A DNA stretch of 62,801 nucleotides, counting the filler, from Folioceros fuciformis (Eukaryota), in the NCBI GenBank assembly GCA_049999805.1. It is 6 parts of 6 records of this genome, joined end to end, with 100 filler letters (N's around TTAATTAATTAA, not from the genome) between each part and the next. Parts side by side here need not be neighbours in the genome. Positions count along the whole stretch, not along the records: positions 31,247 to 42,759 come from JBNGIO010004416.1; positions 42,860 to 49,422 come from JBNGIO010004417.1; 4 more parts are not named here. The stretch is one strand, 5' to 3'. This document shows, one piece after another, positions 37,087-49,522 of this stretch. Numbering within the stretch: position 1 is the stretch's first letter; every line of letters begins with the position of its first letter. Below the pieces are notes generated by a model that worked only from the letters and a program-made list of their open reading frames with translations, was not told the origin of the DNA and did no database searches. Position numbers and translations under genes: made by a program.

Positions 37087-38259
37087 TGAGGGAGTGTGGA
37101 GTGATTTCTTGCACACCCAAGAACCACCAAGGGGCCACACTTCCCCTTATTATCGTTGTAGTCTTATGATTCGCTCCCAAGGGAGTGAACTAATGTCAAG
37201 GTTGCCTACATCTCCCTAGTCTCACCCTATCTATCAGCATATACCAAGTGCTACAACAATAGGTCAGAATTCTCGGTCCTGTCTTCGGCTCCTACCACAA
37301 CACTAACCCTAGCCTCAACAAAATGAAAACTCCAGCATTGTCTTCAGCCCTCGTTTCCAACTCCAAGTATCAATCACTTCAGTGCTGAGAGGAGGCTCCA
37401 GCCCTAAGTCTAGCCTCCAACTCTCAGCACCTAGTGCTAGCTACCTCCGCAGCTAAACGAGAACCTCAACTTCAGCTAGCTCCTCACTCCAGCTTCAACA
37501 CTTCATTCCACCACTTCAGCACTTCACTTCACCCTCCAGCCCCTCACTTCAGCTCAACTCCTCACTTCAACACTTCCACTTCCAAAATCTGCAACTCAAC
37601 CCTTCTCTCCTGCAATTTGGAACACAACAGCCTTCCCTCTTGCAGCCTTCCCTTCAAGGCAGAGGCGAGGCCTAGGGCTGGGTAGCCTCCTTGGCTCACA
37701 GCCCTGCAACCTCACCTCAGCCAGCATGCAAGGTGGTCAGCCATTGCAGATCCGGCCACACGAATCTTGGCAGTCTTGGGATCCTCCACGTTCCCCTAGT
37801 GGCAAGGGAAATCAAGACCTTGGTTTAGTCTCAACCAGCTCAGCGCCCTAAGCCAGGAGTTCTGCACCCAAGGTCCAGGGAAATCGCACTGTAGACAGCC
37901 CCCTCCTCAATGGCCTCTTATACTACCTTGGCCCAAACCTCCATCTCTATCTATTAGGGTTAGCCTTAGTCAACCACCCAGCAATCTCTCTCTGACCTAA
38001 GCCGGCCCTAATTCTGACCTAAACCTAACTCTGACCTAACCCTAACTTTGACCCAAACCTAGTTCTGACCTAATAGGGGTTGTGTCCCATGGACACCACT
38101 GGGTGCCCTTACCAAAATTGACCAACCTCTCAAGACTACCAAAATGGTCAGTGCCTCTCAACACTCTCCCTCCTCTCTCAAATCATTCCATCCCTTCTCT
38201 CAGATCATTTCAGCAACCCTTCAAAGACGCGTCCCGCCTCACCATTGATCTAGCTACTA
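37087..38259. mobile_element. Probable solo LTR nested in the hAT transposase
   Basis: An abrupt C-rich block interrupts the AT-rich transposase. It starts TG, ends TA (a mutated CA) and is flanked by the 5-bp direct repeat atcta (37082-37086; 38260-38264). Confidence 0.65.
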
Positions 38260-39361
38260 ATCTAACCTAATTTTTTAACTTTTTCACTACAGGGTTCACT
38301 TAGAGATTCCCAAAAAGAGAAATCCTACCATTTTCCAAGGACCTATTCAGCATGTGGAGTCCACAGGGAGCTATGCTAACTGGCTCCAAATAATTACGTT
38401 GAAAGTTAGTATTCAAGGTATTAAGTACTTCTAAAATATCTGATAAACAATTTAATGAAACTAAGGCCTTAGTAGTTAATAAAGCTTTGAAGACGATTTT
38501 CCGCTACAAAGAAGAAGAACTATTTGGACCCTCATTGGCTTTTGGCCAATTTAGGTTTTCATCTTCTTGAGCAAATTTAAGTAAAGCTAGTGATAAACAA
38601 ATTATTTCACTCATGGCTTGGCCTCTAAACAATCAACGAACATCATGAATTCATAATACAATTAAGACTTGCATAATTCATAATACAATTAAGACTTGCA
38701 TTTCTAAGTGCACTTGCAATTCACGCAAAGCCGTAGTCTTCTTACTTGAATGATGAAGAACGACGTACAATTTCTTGACAATCTTGTCTGCCACCTCAAA
38801 GTCGGGAACCTTGGATGCTGCCTCTACAGCTGCAAGCACTGTACAGTGAGCAACACAATGAGTTTGAGCAAAATACAGATTCACATTACATAGAAACTTC
38901 ACAACATTGTGATTTTCTTGGCCTTCGTCCTTGAAAATCCTGCTGCACATGTACTTCTATTGTTGGCTAGCTTCAAAAACTCAATTCGTACCGTCGCATT
39001 ATGCAAATAATACACATAAATAATTATGTGTTGCACTATCAGCTTATCTATCCCCTCATCTATGGGTATCCCATACCATGGACTTGCATGCAACCTCTCC
39101 TTCAATTGTTCGCGTAAAAAATGGGCTATGAGGACCATATACTCCATGTAAGCACTATCCGTAAGATATGAACCATAGATCTTCACCTCTAGAATGCTTT
39201 TTACTACAATATTTCCCATGAACTCACGAAGGTCGTCGTACAAATGGAAACTCAAATCCTTCTTAGCAATGAAATAAGTGAACTTCAACAAGTTGAGAAT
39301 CTTCTTATCCTTTTTGGAAAAATGCATTTCCAAAGTTCGTTGCATGGTTGGTTGTTGAGCC

Positions 39362-41296
39362 TGTAGGGTTATTAAAGCCCAATGTGTTTAGTCTAAGATT
39401 AGTATCTAGTTAAGTATCAGTTATTTAGATTAGCTTAAGCTAATCTTTAGGAAGCTTCTTGCGCAACTTCCTGTGAGCTTCTTGTGAAGCTGCCTTGGGA
39501 GCTCTTCTAGAGGGTATAAATACTCTCTCGAGCTCCCTTGCAATATAGTGAGTGTGAGACCTCTCTTTTTCCTCTTCTTCTTCATCATGTGTCTCCCCTT
39601 GCGATCCTTCAACTAGTATCAGAGCTTGGTTGTGGAGCAAGATGGTGATGTCTGTAGGTGTCGTGGACAAGGTGCATAAAGGCGTGAGGAAGGCTCCGGA
39701 ATGAGGACAACATCTTGGGGGCCTGTGTGCGACACACCCCGGGGTGCAGGGGTCTCTAACCCCGTAGTGCTCAGGCCGCAGCAGCGTCGGGCACCCAGGA
39801 GGGCGCCGCCGCATCACCCCACAACGCAGGGTGTCTGCCCCAATGCGGGTGTCATAGCCGGGGGTGCTAGGCCGTAGCAGTGCTAAGCCATGCGGGGCGC
39901 GGGGGGTTGCCTGGCCATGGGGGCGCCAGGCCGGCAAGCACCACCTACCCGCGGGGCATCCAAGCCCTATTCCAGCGCCAGGCGTGGGCGCCGAGGGCGT
40001 GGGCGCTAGGGCGCGGGTCAGCTAGGATCCCAGCCGCGAGGCGGCGGGACAGGCCTCAAGCATGGGGCAGCCCGAATCCCGGCCGCGGGATCAAGCCTGG
40101 GCAGCCCTGGCTCGGCTCCTAGCCACTTGGTGGTGTGGCCGGATCCGGAGCCGCGGGCAGCCAGTTCTTGATCGTAGGACGGGACACTCCAGTCGTGAGC
40201 GACCGAATTCCGACCGTTTTTACATGGAGAAGGGGAAGGTATTAAGTACTCCGTTGCCTCCATATGTAAAACTTTCGAGCAAGGATTGCCTAAGCTCTGT
40301 GGAGGACAAAGCTGAAATGGAGAAGGTTCCATACTCATGACCTGTAGGGAGTTTGATGTATGCAATGATTGCTACACGTTCTGACATTGCTTTTGCAGTG
40401 GAAGTGGTTAGCAAGTTTATGTCAAACCCTGGCAAGAAGCATTGGGAGGCAGTAAAAGGAGTTATGAGGTATTTAAATGGTACAAAAGATTTGTGCATAT
40501 GTTTTGGTAGTGAAAATGCATTTATCGTTGCATATATGGATGCTAATTGTGTAGGGGATATGGATAAAAGGAGGTCCACAATAGGTTATGTCTTCATGTG
40601 CACTTGAGGGGTAGTCTCATGGCAATCTCATTTGCAATTGTGCTTAACGCTATCTACCACAGAGGCCGAGTATGTTGCAGCGACTGAGGCTTACAAGGAA
40701 GCCATATAGCTTGCTTGTTTAGTGGGAGACTTGGGGATCAAGGTTGAGCTGTCAGTGTTGCATTGTGATAGCTAGAGTGCTATCCAATTGGCAAAGAATT
40801 CAGTGTTTCATGCGCAGACCAAACATGTGGAAGTGAAGTATCATTTCATTTGAGAGGTGTTGGAAGACAAGAGCATACAGCTTGTCAAAGTTCACAGTAG
40901 TCAGAACCTTGCAGATATTCTTACCAAGGGGCTCTCTACGAAGCAATTCGCACAAACTCGGACACTCATGGGCATGAAGTAGACCACTCTCCTATAAAGG
41001 TAAATTGGCCTTTAAGTGGGAAGTTGTAGGGTTATTAAAGCCCAATATGCTTAGACTATATATGTTTAGTCTAAGATTAGTGTTTAGTTAAGTATTATTT
41101 GTTTAGATTAGCTTAAGCTAATCTTTAAGAAGCTTCTTGCACAGCTTCTTGTAAACTTCTTGTGAAGCTACCTTGGGAGCTCTTCTAGAGGGTATAAATA
41201 CCCTCTTGAGCTCCTTGCAATATAGTGAGTGTGAGAGTGTGAGACCTCTATGTCTCCTCTTCGTCTTCATCATGTAGCTCCCCTAGCGATCCTTTA
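39362..41296 (+). mobile_element. Internally deleted Ty1/Copia LTR retrotransposon nested in the hAT
   Basis: LTRs at 39362-39611 and 41025-41296 (tgtagggttattaaagcccaat...gcgatcctt(c/t)a). TSD gagcc at 39357-39361 and 41297-41301. PBS-like tagtatcagagc at 39614 and a purine tract before the 3' LTR. Decayed RT C-terminus and RNase H (MYAMIATRSDIAFAV, STTEAEY, TKHVEVKYHF) at ~40220-40980. Confidence 0.93.
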
Positions 41297-42759
41297 GAGC
41301 CTTGGCTTGGGCTTGCTCCATCTTTAGTGATACTAAATGATATGTACTCCTTGCATGGTCCTCCAATGCACTCTTTTGAAAGTTTTGACTGCCAACTTTT
41401 ACCCAAGCTTGAGTCACAACCTTAGCTTGTCCCACTACACCGTGACCATGTTTTTCACAAACAACAGAAAACATTTGATTCTCTTCATTGATTGAGCATA
41501 ACTCTATCAAATGAAAGGCAACCTTCCATTCTTCCTTAAAGACTCTTGCCTTTTGCATTTTTTATCTCTTTAAAAAGAATTTAAAAAAAGATGAGCTCAA
41601 ACAAAAATGAACCCTAAACCTAAAGAGCTCAAACAATTGAGCTCTAAAAATGAAGAGCCCCTACCAAGAAAGAGCAACAAGGAGCAAGGAAGAAAAATAA
41701 GAAGCAAGAAAAAAGAACAACAAGCACACCACAATGAGGAGAGCAACAATAAGTGATGGTCCAAATGCTAGTGTTGTGGCCTCATGTACTCTTAAAGGGT
41801 GTCTATTTATAACACGATAGATAAGAAGCCTATGTAGGCCTATGGCTGAGATACCATATCTTAGTCTATGATATGCATATCAACAAATTATTGTGTGAAT
41901 TAATAACTACATCCAAAACAAAATACCACAGATGTATTAAAATAAGCCAATAACATCTCATAGAATAAGGATGGTATTAGATAAATAAAGACATAGTCCA
42001 TAGATTTATGGTAAGTGTCTATGACCATACCAATTATAAGATGGGTCCATGTGTTCATAAAAGATATAAATAGATAAAGTTAAATAATTTATTAATTTCA
42101 AATGGAACTTTTTATGAACCCTCGGTCCTCGGAAAAATAGGGGACCGAGGGTGGGGATTGGACTCTAGAAGAACCTTTGGTCCCCTATTTGTTTTTTAAC
42201 ACATGCCGAGACCGGGACCGAGCTTGGGACGGGGTCTGAATGACACCCTATCCTTAGGGCCCTTGTAGAGTCATTGAGGCCATGAGGTCCTGCAGCCTGT
42301 CGCGAGACTCTACTATTGATTGAGCTCATCATTGGCCATTGGCCCCTCCTCTTCTAGATTGTCATTCCCCAAACTGCACCGCGGCCCCGAAGCTAGCATC
42401 TATTTCCAGACTCTACTTAGGGATTGCTCTACTCATTGAGGGATGTAGTTGTCAAGGACTCAGAAACACTGGTTTAGCCTTCTCCTTTTTGTTTATACAT
42501 TCGACCCTCTATAACTCTATAAATGTGAATTCTGTAAATGTTATACCTCTACAATGTTACGAGTTTGGATACTCTCGAATTGGGGAATAAGATTAAATAT
42601 TATTTATTTTATAAATGTTATATTTTAGGAAAATAAACACTCCCATCACTATAATCCAACTCTATAAATATTATTTTAATTATTATTAGAGTTTATTATA
42701 ATAATATTATAATAATTCACAAGATAATATTTATTATTTATGAGGTTAATTTGAAGTTA

Positions 42760-42859
42760 NNNNNNNNNNNNNNNNNNNNNNNNNNNNNNNNNNNNNNNNN
42801 NNNTTAATTAATTAANNNNNNNNNNNNNNNNNNNNNNNNNNNNNNNNNNNNNNNNNNNN
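42760..42859. other. Artificial scaffold linker
   Basis: TTAATTAATTAA at 42804-42815, flanked by N44. Confidence 0.97.
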
Positions 42860-43419
42860 GTGTAACTTGAAGTACTTAAATAATGTACGCAAAGAATAAT
42901 TTGCAACAATCTAACTTACTTTCTATGAGATAAAAAAAAGTCTTAGATGTGTATAAAATATCTCAAAATAAACATACATTCAATATATGTGCCATGTAAG
43001 AAATGGCACCAAGTATAAAATATAAAAATATATCAGTTTATATAAAGTATATATCTTAGGAATAATATTATTCACTAAAAAAATCAGTATTTGCATATTC
43101 AATAAATTTATTATATTACATTTATATATTTGCGGATATCAAAATTATAAAATATCTACACTTGTACTCTTAGATGGATGATACATAGTGTCATATAATA
43201 CGTAGTTCTATTAGAAAATACATTCTGTCGTAATACATATGTATGTTGAAATTATGCATTGTGATTATTGAATGGCTTCTAGTGATTAATTCGATGCAGT
43301 TATAAGTNNNNNNNNNNNNNNNNNNNNNNNNNNNNNNNNNNNNNNNNNNNNNNNNNNNNNNNNNNNNNNNNNNNNNNNNNNNNNNNNNNNNNNNNNNNNN
43401 NNNNNNNAGTGAGTAAGCT

Positions 43420-44090
43420 TACTATATGTCTCAATCAATCACTTTATTGGTCTTAATCAATGTATGAGTGGCAATCAATAAATTGAGTCTTGATCAATAA
43501 GTGGGTTACCTTGCTACATGCCTTTATCAATTAGGGGTTGCTTTGCTACATGTCTCAATCAATGCGTCGGTCACTTTGCTATGTGTCTCAATCACTATGT
43601 AAGTTGATCACCTTGCTAGTGTCTTAGTCAATGTGTGAGTTGTTGTAGTACATGTCAAAGTCAATATGTCCGTCACCTTCCATGTCTCTATGAATTGTCT
43701 GTCACATTGCAAGTCACTATGAGTCATCAATCACCTTGCATGTCTCTATGAGTCGTTAGCCCACCCACTTGCATGTCTCTATGAGTTGTTAGTCCACTTG
43801 CATGTCTCTATGAGTCCTTAGTCCACTTGCATGTTTCTATGAATCGTCATTCCACTTGTGCCACATCTTGATCAATTTGTGAGTTGCCAATTGCCTTGCT
43901 ACATGTCTCAATCAATGTGTTGGCCATATTCTAAATATCATAATCAATGTGTGATGTCTTGCTACAAGTCTCGACCAATGTGTTAGTCATCTTCTACATG
44001 TCTTAATCAATGTGTCATGCCTTGCTGCATGTCTCAATCAATGTGTTAGTCACCTTCTACATGTCTTAACAAATATATCATGTCTCTATT
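43420..44090. repeat. Degenerate satellite-like array (~29-40 bp units)
   Basis: Recurrent cttgctacatgtctcaatcaatgtgt, with a 29-bp sub-array cacttgcatgtctctatgagt at ~43730-43860. Confidence 0.8.
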
Positions 44091-44807
44091 TAGCCTAGCT
44101 GCTCTCATAGATAGATCCTTTATCTAACACTCTCACCTTAGCTGCTCTCATAGCTAGGTCCCTTATCTAACATCCAGGCATCCTATTTCAATTTTTGTAT
44201 TAGAATCTGGGTTCACCTACCACGTAATTTTCGTATTAGATCCTAGTTGCTGCCCAGACTAGCAATTGGTCATCCATGCACAGAAGTTGTGCCATGCTCC
44301 CCGAAGATAGATCCCGGTGGCAGCACCAATCGAGAAAACAAGGCGAAATTTACGCAGACACGTTGGTTAGAGGTAGTAGCGAAACGACCAAACTCGAAGC
44401 TGTACTCCACATACACGTAACGATGAGAAAATGGACAACAGAACAATAGCTTCATTAAGCAGACGACAAGTGTCTGTTTACCATTGACCATAATCTACCC
44501 AACCAATGCGACGAACAACCCCATGTCGTGCAGTGATGAAGAGCGAGCTCCGATGGTGCCAATGTCAGGACGCACTTCGGAAAGAGTACCAAAAGTGGCG
44601 TCTATCCATCTCACATTTGCTGAAGAGGATTTCAAGGAGGAGGTCCCCGAAACTGGCGAAAAGGAGACTTGGTGCCCAGAGATTGACCCCAGCAAGTACC
44701 CCACAGGAGAGTTGAGAAAGCGTCCAGGAACGCCTCTTGTCCAGCCGCGATAAGAGAGACAGAAATACTCGTACGTTTTCTCTGAAAACAAGCTGGAAGC
44801 AGACTAG

Positions 44808-45937
44808 TTAGCCGTCTTCGTACAGTCCTTCCTGCTTCCACACATCCACAAGAAAGTCCACCATCTCCTGCGGCAGAAGAAAGATCACAGGCGTCAGCGA
44901 GATGGTTAGATAGCAAAAGGGAAAAGAACCAATACGCCACAGATGCAGCCTTGGAAGAGGAGCCATTCAGAGGTGGCTGGCTGTATGGCAGAATCAAGGT
45001 GGCCTGTAACATTATTACGTTAAATTGTTGAAGCGCGTAGAGACGCACAAAAAGATGGGCAGCACTTACAGGGAGAGGTACAGGCTGCGGGAATGGCCGA
45101 CTGGTAGCAAGCAACTCTTCGTATGTCGTACTCCAACTGCACATATTGTGAACCAACTTGCAGATGGTCAGCAGCTTGCCACAGAAATCGAACTGTATGG
45201 ACTCCCTGATCACAAGGGGAATAAAGGAGGGCCATTAAGGGCAACGTCATGCGGACAGCACGAGACACAAATGATAACGATGCAAGAACGTTAGCCCGGC
45301 AAAAGGAAGCAGCAAAATGGGTGCAAGAACCAGATGATGCAGCAGCAAGGAAGAAAACGATGCCTAAATCAAGATTTCGGCCACAGTGGTTGCATGGCAA
45401 AAAGGCGAGGTAAGTCCCCCACCTGATAACAGGTTCAGGAGGCTGCCGCGATCGTTGTCTAGGATGAGATCCTACCCATTCCCGCCTCCTCTCGTTCCAC
45501 AACGCCAATGCTGCAAGCAGCGGACAGCAGGGAGTGAGCCCCCACACACACGCAAGATACAAGCAAGAGAAGAAGCAAGGCCATAGAAACCTCCTACCTT
45601 GGTTGACGAACACGCCGGAATTGGTGTTGTTGGCACTTCTGCTACTATCTTGGCTATGGTTAGCACCAGCAGCTGCGGAAGACGCTAATCTGTGCGAAGC
45701 TCGGGAATTAGCGGAGTTGTTGTCCATATCATTGGAGCTGGAGGTCCACCAGTCCTTCGGGGGGTGGCTGTGCGCCCGCACCCCCCGCTTGGAAGACCTC
45801 TGCCTCTTGGAGGGCTTCTCGGTCGCCGTCACGGGAGGGGGCTTGACACAACCTCCGACACAGCCACTGCTCTGTTCCAAACGCACGTCCACAGTCACCG
45901 CGTTGGACACATGAACAGAATACACAGTACACGTCAT
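44808..45937 (-). CDS. DUF4050 / Gag1-like clamp domain protein; multi-exon
   Basis: Exon peptides GCVGGC, VFVNQ, LALWNERRREWVG, SWSTTYEELLATSRPFPQPVPLP and EMVDFLVDVWKQEGLYEDG* (stop at 44810-44808). The start codon is uncertain. Confidence 0.85.
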
Positions 45938-46920
45938 AATCTGCACCAGATTGAACCCGCTGCCACGCTATGCGATGCGATGCGATGCACTGCGACGCAC
46001 AGACACACACACACGAACGCACGCACTCTCACCCACAAGCCTAGCCCAGGCAGCCAAGTCAAGTCGAGCCAAACAAACCAAGCCCTAGCTCCACCCCTAA
46101 ACCTAGCCATCCATGCCTTGTCACACACACATTCCTCCAAATCTAGTACGCAGTAGCAGAGGTGAAAGGAAGGAGACACACCCCATGCATGCGGTGCTCT
46201 GGGAAAGCAGGGAAACCCCTCTGTCAAATAGGAGTAACATATGGTATGCGGTATGTACACGGCTCACAGAAATGCAGCTGAGCGGAGCGTACAGCGCACA
46301 AGACCGCCTCGCTGCGCATTGAGAAAGGGTAGAGCCGGCAGGTCGGCCCGACGCCGATGCCGAGACCGTTGCCGCGCTGCTCGCTCCAGCGTCCTCTGCC
46401 CTGCCCTTCCCTTCCCTTCCCTTCCTTTTCCTCTCCTCACCGCGCTCAACAAGTGCCACTCCAGGCAGGAACCCCAGCCCTTTGCCTCGCCGCGGCGTCA
46501 AGCACAGCACAGCACCTGCCAGGCCGAGGCCGCACCGAAGAGTCACCAGCCCAGCCGAGCCCAGCCCGGCCTAGCCTTGCCTTGCCTAGCCTAGCCCACC
46601 ACAGCCCCCAGCACCAGTCCAGTCCAAAGCCCACCGCAAGCGAGCTATGCAAACGCCACGCATTACCTCACCACCACCTTCTCAACACCTTCCGTACTGC
46701 GCCCATCCCCAGCTCCAGCCCGCGGGTTAACTCTTTCCTCTTTCACTCGCCCTCTTCTTCCCTCTCTCCCTCCCGTTCATGCGCCCATGCATGTACTAGG
46801 CATACATACATGCGAGGCGTGTAGTCAAAGATCGCAAACCCTGGTCGCACGCCGCTCTTTATGACATACGCTTTAAAAGATGCGCTCTCTATGTCTTGCT
46901 CCTGCTTTGAAGTTAAGAGG

Positions 46921-48482
46921 GCCAGCTCCTAAACCTCACCCGAAGTTTATCACCTTCTTCTCGAGGGGCGTGCAGGATTTGTCGTTACGCGCCCGGCCAC
47001 CGGCTCCGTTCCACCGGCTAGTTTTCAATCCATCGGTTTGCTGTTGGCCCAGTTCGCACCAAACTCGTCCCCTACGTACATTCCTGTGGTAGACGTATGT
47101 ACAGATCTGTATATATTTTGGTTTGAATACTTTCGTATTCTGCAAGCTCCACTCCATAGCCCGTGAATGCACTTCTTGGGCTATGGAGTTTGATTGGGCC
47201 TTTGCTCTTCAGGCTTTTGGTCCATCGTAAACGCAAGCTTGATCTTTACTTCCTTTAGTTTTCCCCTTCACCACAACTGTTTCAAAGCACATACCACAGT
47301 GATCTGAAGCATAGTCCTAGCTTCCACCTCATAATCAACTATGATTTTCATTACCTCCACTTCCACTCGCTACAAGTGATCAACTATATCTCCATAGTCA
47401 TGGCTTCCACTCGCTGTAGGTGATTAACTATGATCTCCACAATCACGGCTTATACTCACTACACCACTTTTTCAAATTCTTTGTCTCATAGCATGCTCAA
47501 GTCCATGGCCAGCAACCTACTATGCAAAAGTTCTCACTTTCTTCCATGACGACCACTTCCAGGCCTTACTCAAGGACTGGCCAGCAATCCTCTCAAGCAA
47601 ATATTTCTCCCAAAACGCTTGTTCCTTCTTGTTCGAGTTACCTGCCCCAATTTTGCCTCTTGCTTAGAGTACTTCCCTTTGAATGCTACTATCCAGTTTA
47701 AGTCATCTTTATAGAACAAACCTAAGATAGGATGCTGCAAGTTTTCAAACCCCAAGATATGTTCATGGGTGCACATTGGTGAGAAGCCCATTTGAAGTAG
47801 ATGCGAAGAAAAGATACTCGCATTGGACAAGAATGGTCAGCAGGAAATACTGCAAGTGTATCAAACCTATTACTCCATGAAATTGAGACGTGGACTTCCT
47901 AAAGCCATGTAGTCATTGTAGAAACTGCGCACTTGAGATCGGGGTTGCTAAAGACCCTTGAACTAGAGATCGGGGTTGCCAAATACCCTTGAACTAGAGA
48001 TAGGGTTGTTGAAGACCCTTGACCTTGAGATCGAGGTTGTTGAAGACCCTTGAACTTGAGATCGGGGTTACTGAAGACCCTTGAACTTGAGATGGGGGTT
48101 GCTGAATACCCTTGAACTTGAGATGGGGTTGCTGAACTCCGTTGAGAACCATAACACTCATAAAAGAAGACCTGAGCCTCGCATGGAAGGAAAAATCACG
48201 CTTGCATTTATGATGGACTACAAGCCTGAAGAACAAAAGCCCATTCAAACTCTATAGCCCACAAATGCAGTTCGCGGTGGAAGTGGAGCTTGGAGAATAT
48301 GAAACATACGTATCCACAGGAATGTACGTAGGGGACGAGTTTGGTGCGAACCGGGCCAACAAACCGGCGATGGATTGAAAACTAGCCGGTGGAGCGGAGC
48401 CGGTAGCCGGGCACGTAACGACGAATCCTGCACGCCTCCCGAGAAGCCCGTAATTCACTTGGGGTGAGGTATGGGCGCAGGG
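46921..48482. mobile_element. Non-autonomous Mutator-like element (MULE) with ~300-bp TIRs
   Basis: 46921-~47250 is the reverse complement of ~48185-48482 (for example gcaccaaactcgtcccctacgtacattcctgtgg). The 9-bp TSD gttaagagg is at 46912-46920 and 48483-48491. No transposase ORF is present. Confidence 0.88.
47931..48146. repeat. 30-31 bp minisatellite inside the MULE, seven copies
   Basis: The unit is acttgagatcggggttgctgaagacccttga. Confidence 0.9.
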
Positions 48483-49422
48483 GTTAAGAGGGCAGTGGAG
48501 TTAAAGCGTTGGGCTCCTCCGGAAATGGGAATCGCATCTTTTCCAGCCTTGCACTTTCACGTTTCTTGCCCCTGCCCTGCCCTGCCCGGCGCTTTCTTTC
48601 TAGTCACCCCCACTTCACACACCCGGCGGCCTGCCCGCGTGTTAGGTTAGAGAGAGAAAGAGTGCGTCACTTCCAGCTATGCCTCGCCTCTATCCGTTGC
48701 TGTCCACTTTGCCTTGCCCGGATCCTAGGCACGGCACGGCACGGCACGGACTGGGCTGGGCACCCTGGGTCATCATTCCCGCCTGCCCGCCTCTTTCAAA
48801 CCAAACATCTTTCCTTTCAATCAAACATATATATATATNNNNNNNNNNNNNNNNNNNNNNNNNNNNNNNNNNNNNNNNNNNNNNNNNNNNNNNNNNNNNN
48901 NNNNNNNNNNNNNNNNNNNNNNNNNNNNNNNNNNNNNNACAAAAAGGGACTGGGCCTCTTCCTTCAATCATTCCCAAAATTATTCTTGCTCCCAAAATGT
49001 TATGGTGAAATTAATGTTATGGTGTTAAATAAATGCCATGATGTTAAATAACAAAAGGTCAAATAAATATTATAATACAAAAACAATAATAATAAATAAT
49101 ATAATAATAATATAATAATAATAAATATCATAATACAAAATAATCAATGGCCAAATAAATGTCATGATGCAAAAAGATAACAAAATAAATATCACAGCAC
49201 AAAATAAATATTATGATGCAATTTTTTATTTTATTTTTAAAGACGAAATAAATACCATGATGCAAAATAACCCATTGCCCAATAAATGTCATTATGGAAA
49301 AAAGGACTAGCCTTTTCCTCCCATCATTTCCAAACCTATTATTTTTCCCAAAAAATCACGATGTGAAATAAATGTTATGATGTGAAATAAATATCATGAT
49401 GTTAAATAACAAAAGATCAATT

Positions 49423-49522
49423 NNNNNNNNNNNNNNNNNNNNNNNNNNNNNNNNNNNNNNNNNNNNTTAATTAATTAANNNNNNNNNNNNNNNNNNNNNN
49501 NNNNNNNNNNNNNNNNNNNNNN
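49423..49522. other. Artificial scaffold linker
   Basis: TTAATTAATTAA at 49467-49478, flanked by N44. Confidence 0.97.

Larger units (their letters stand above)
35937..42250 (-). mobile_element. hAT DNA transposon (ZNF862/C17orf113-like transposase), full length, inactivated
   Basis: TIRs are cagggtgtcattttgacc (35937) and the reverse complement tagggtgtcattcagacc (ending 42250). The 8-bp TSD is cccttagg (35929-35936) / tccttagg (42251-42258). Transposase fragments: TTF-type Zn finger (41558-41297), IDE core and THCVAH (39356-38678), dimerisation motif LVIPFSTTICEWGF (~36500). Confidence 0.9.

Noticed and set aside
37990-38075. Telomere-like cctaaacc repeats
   Set aside because: They are ctgacctaaacctaa variants inside the solo-LTR-like insert, not a TTTAGGG array.
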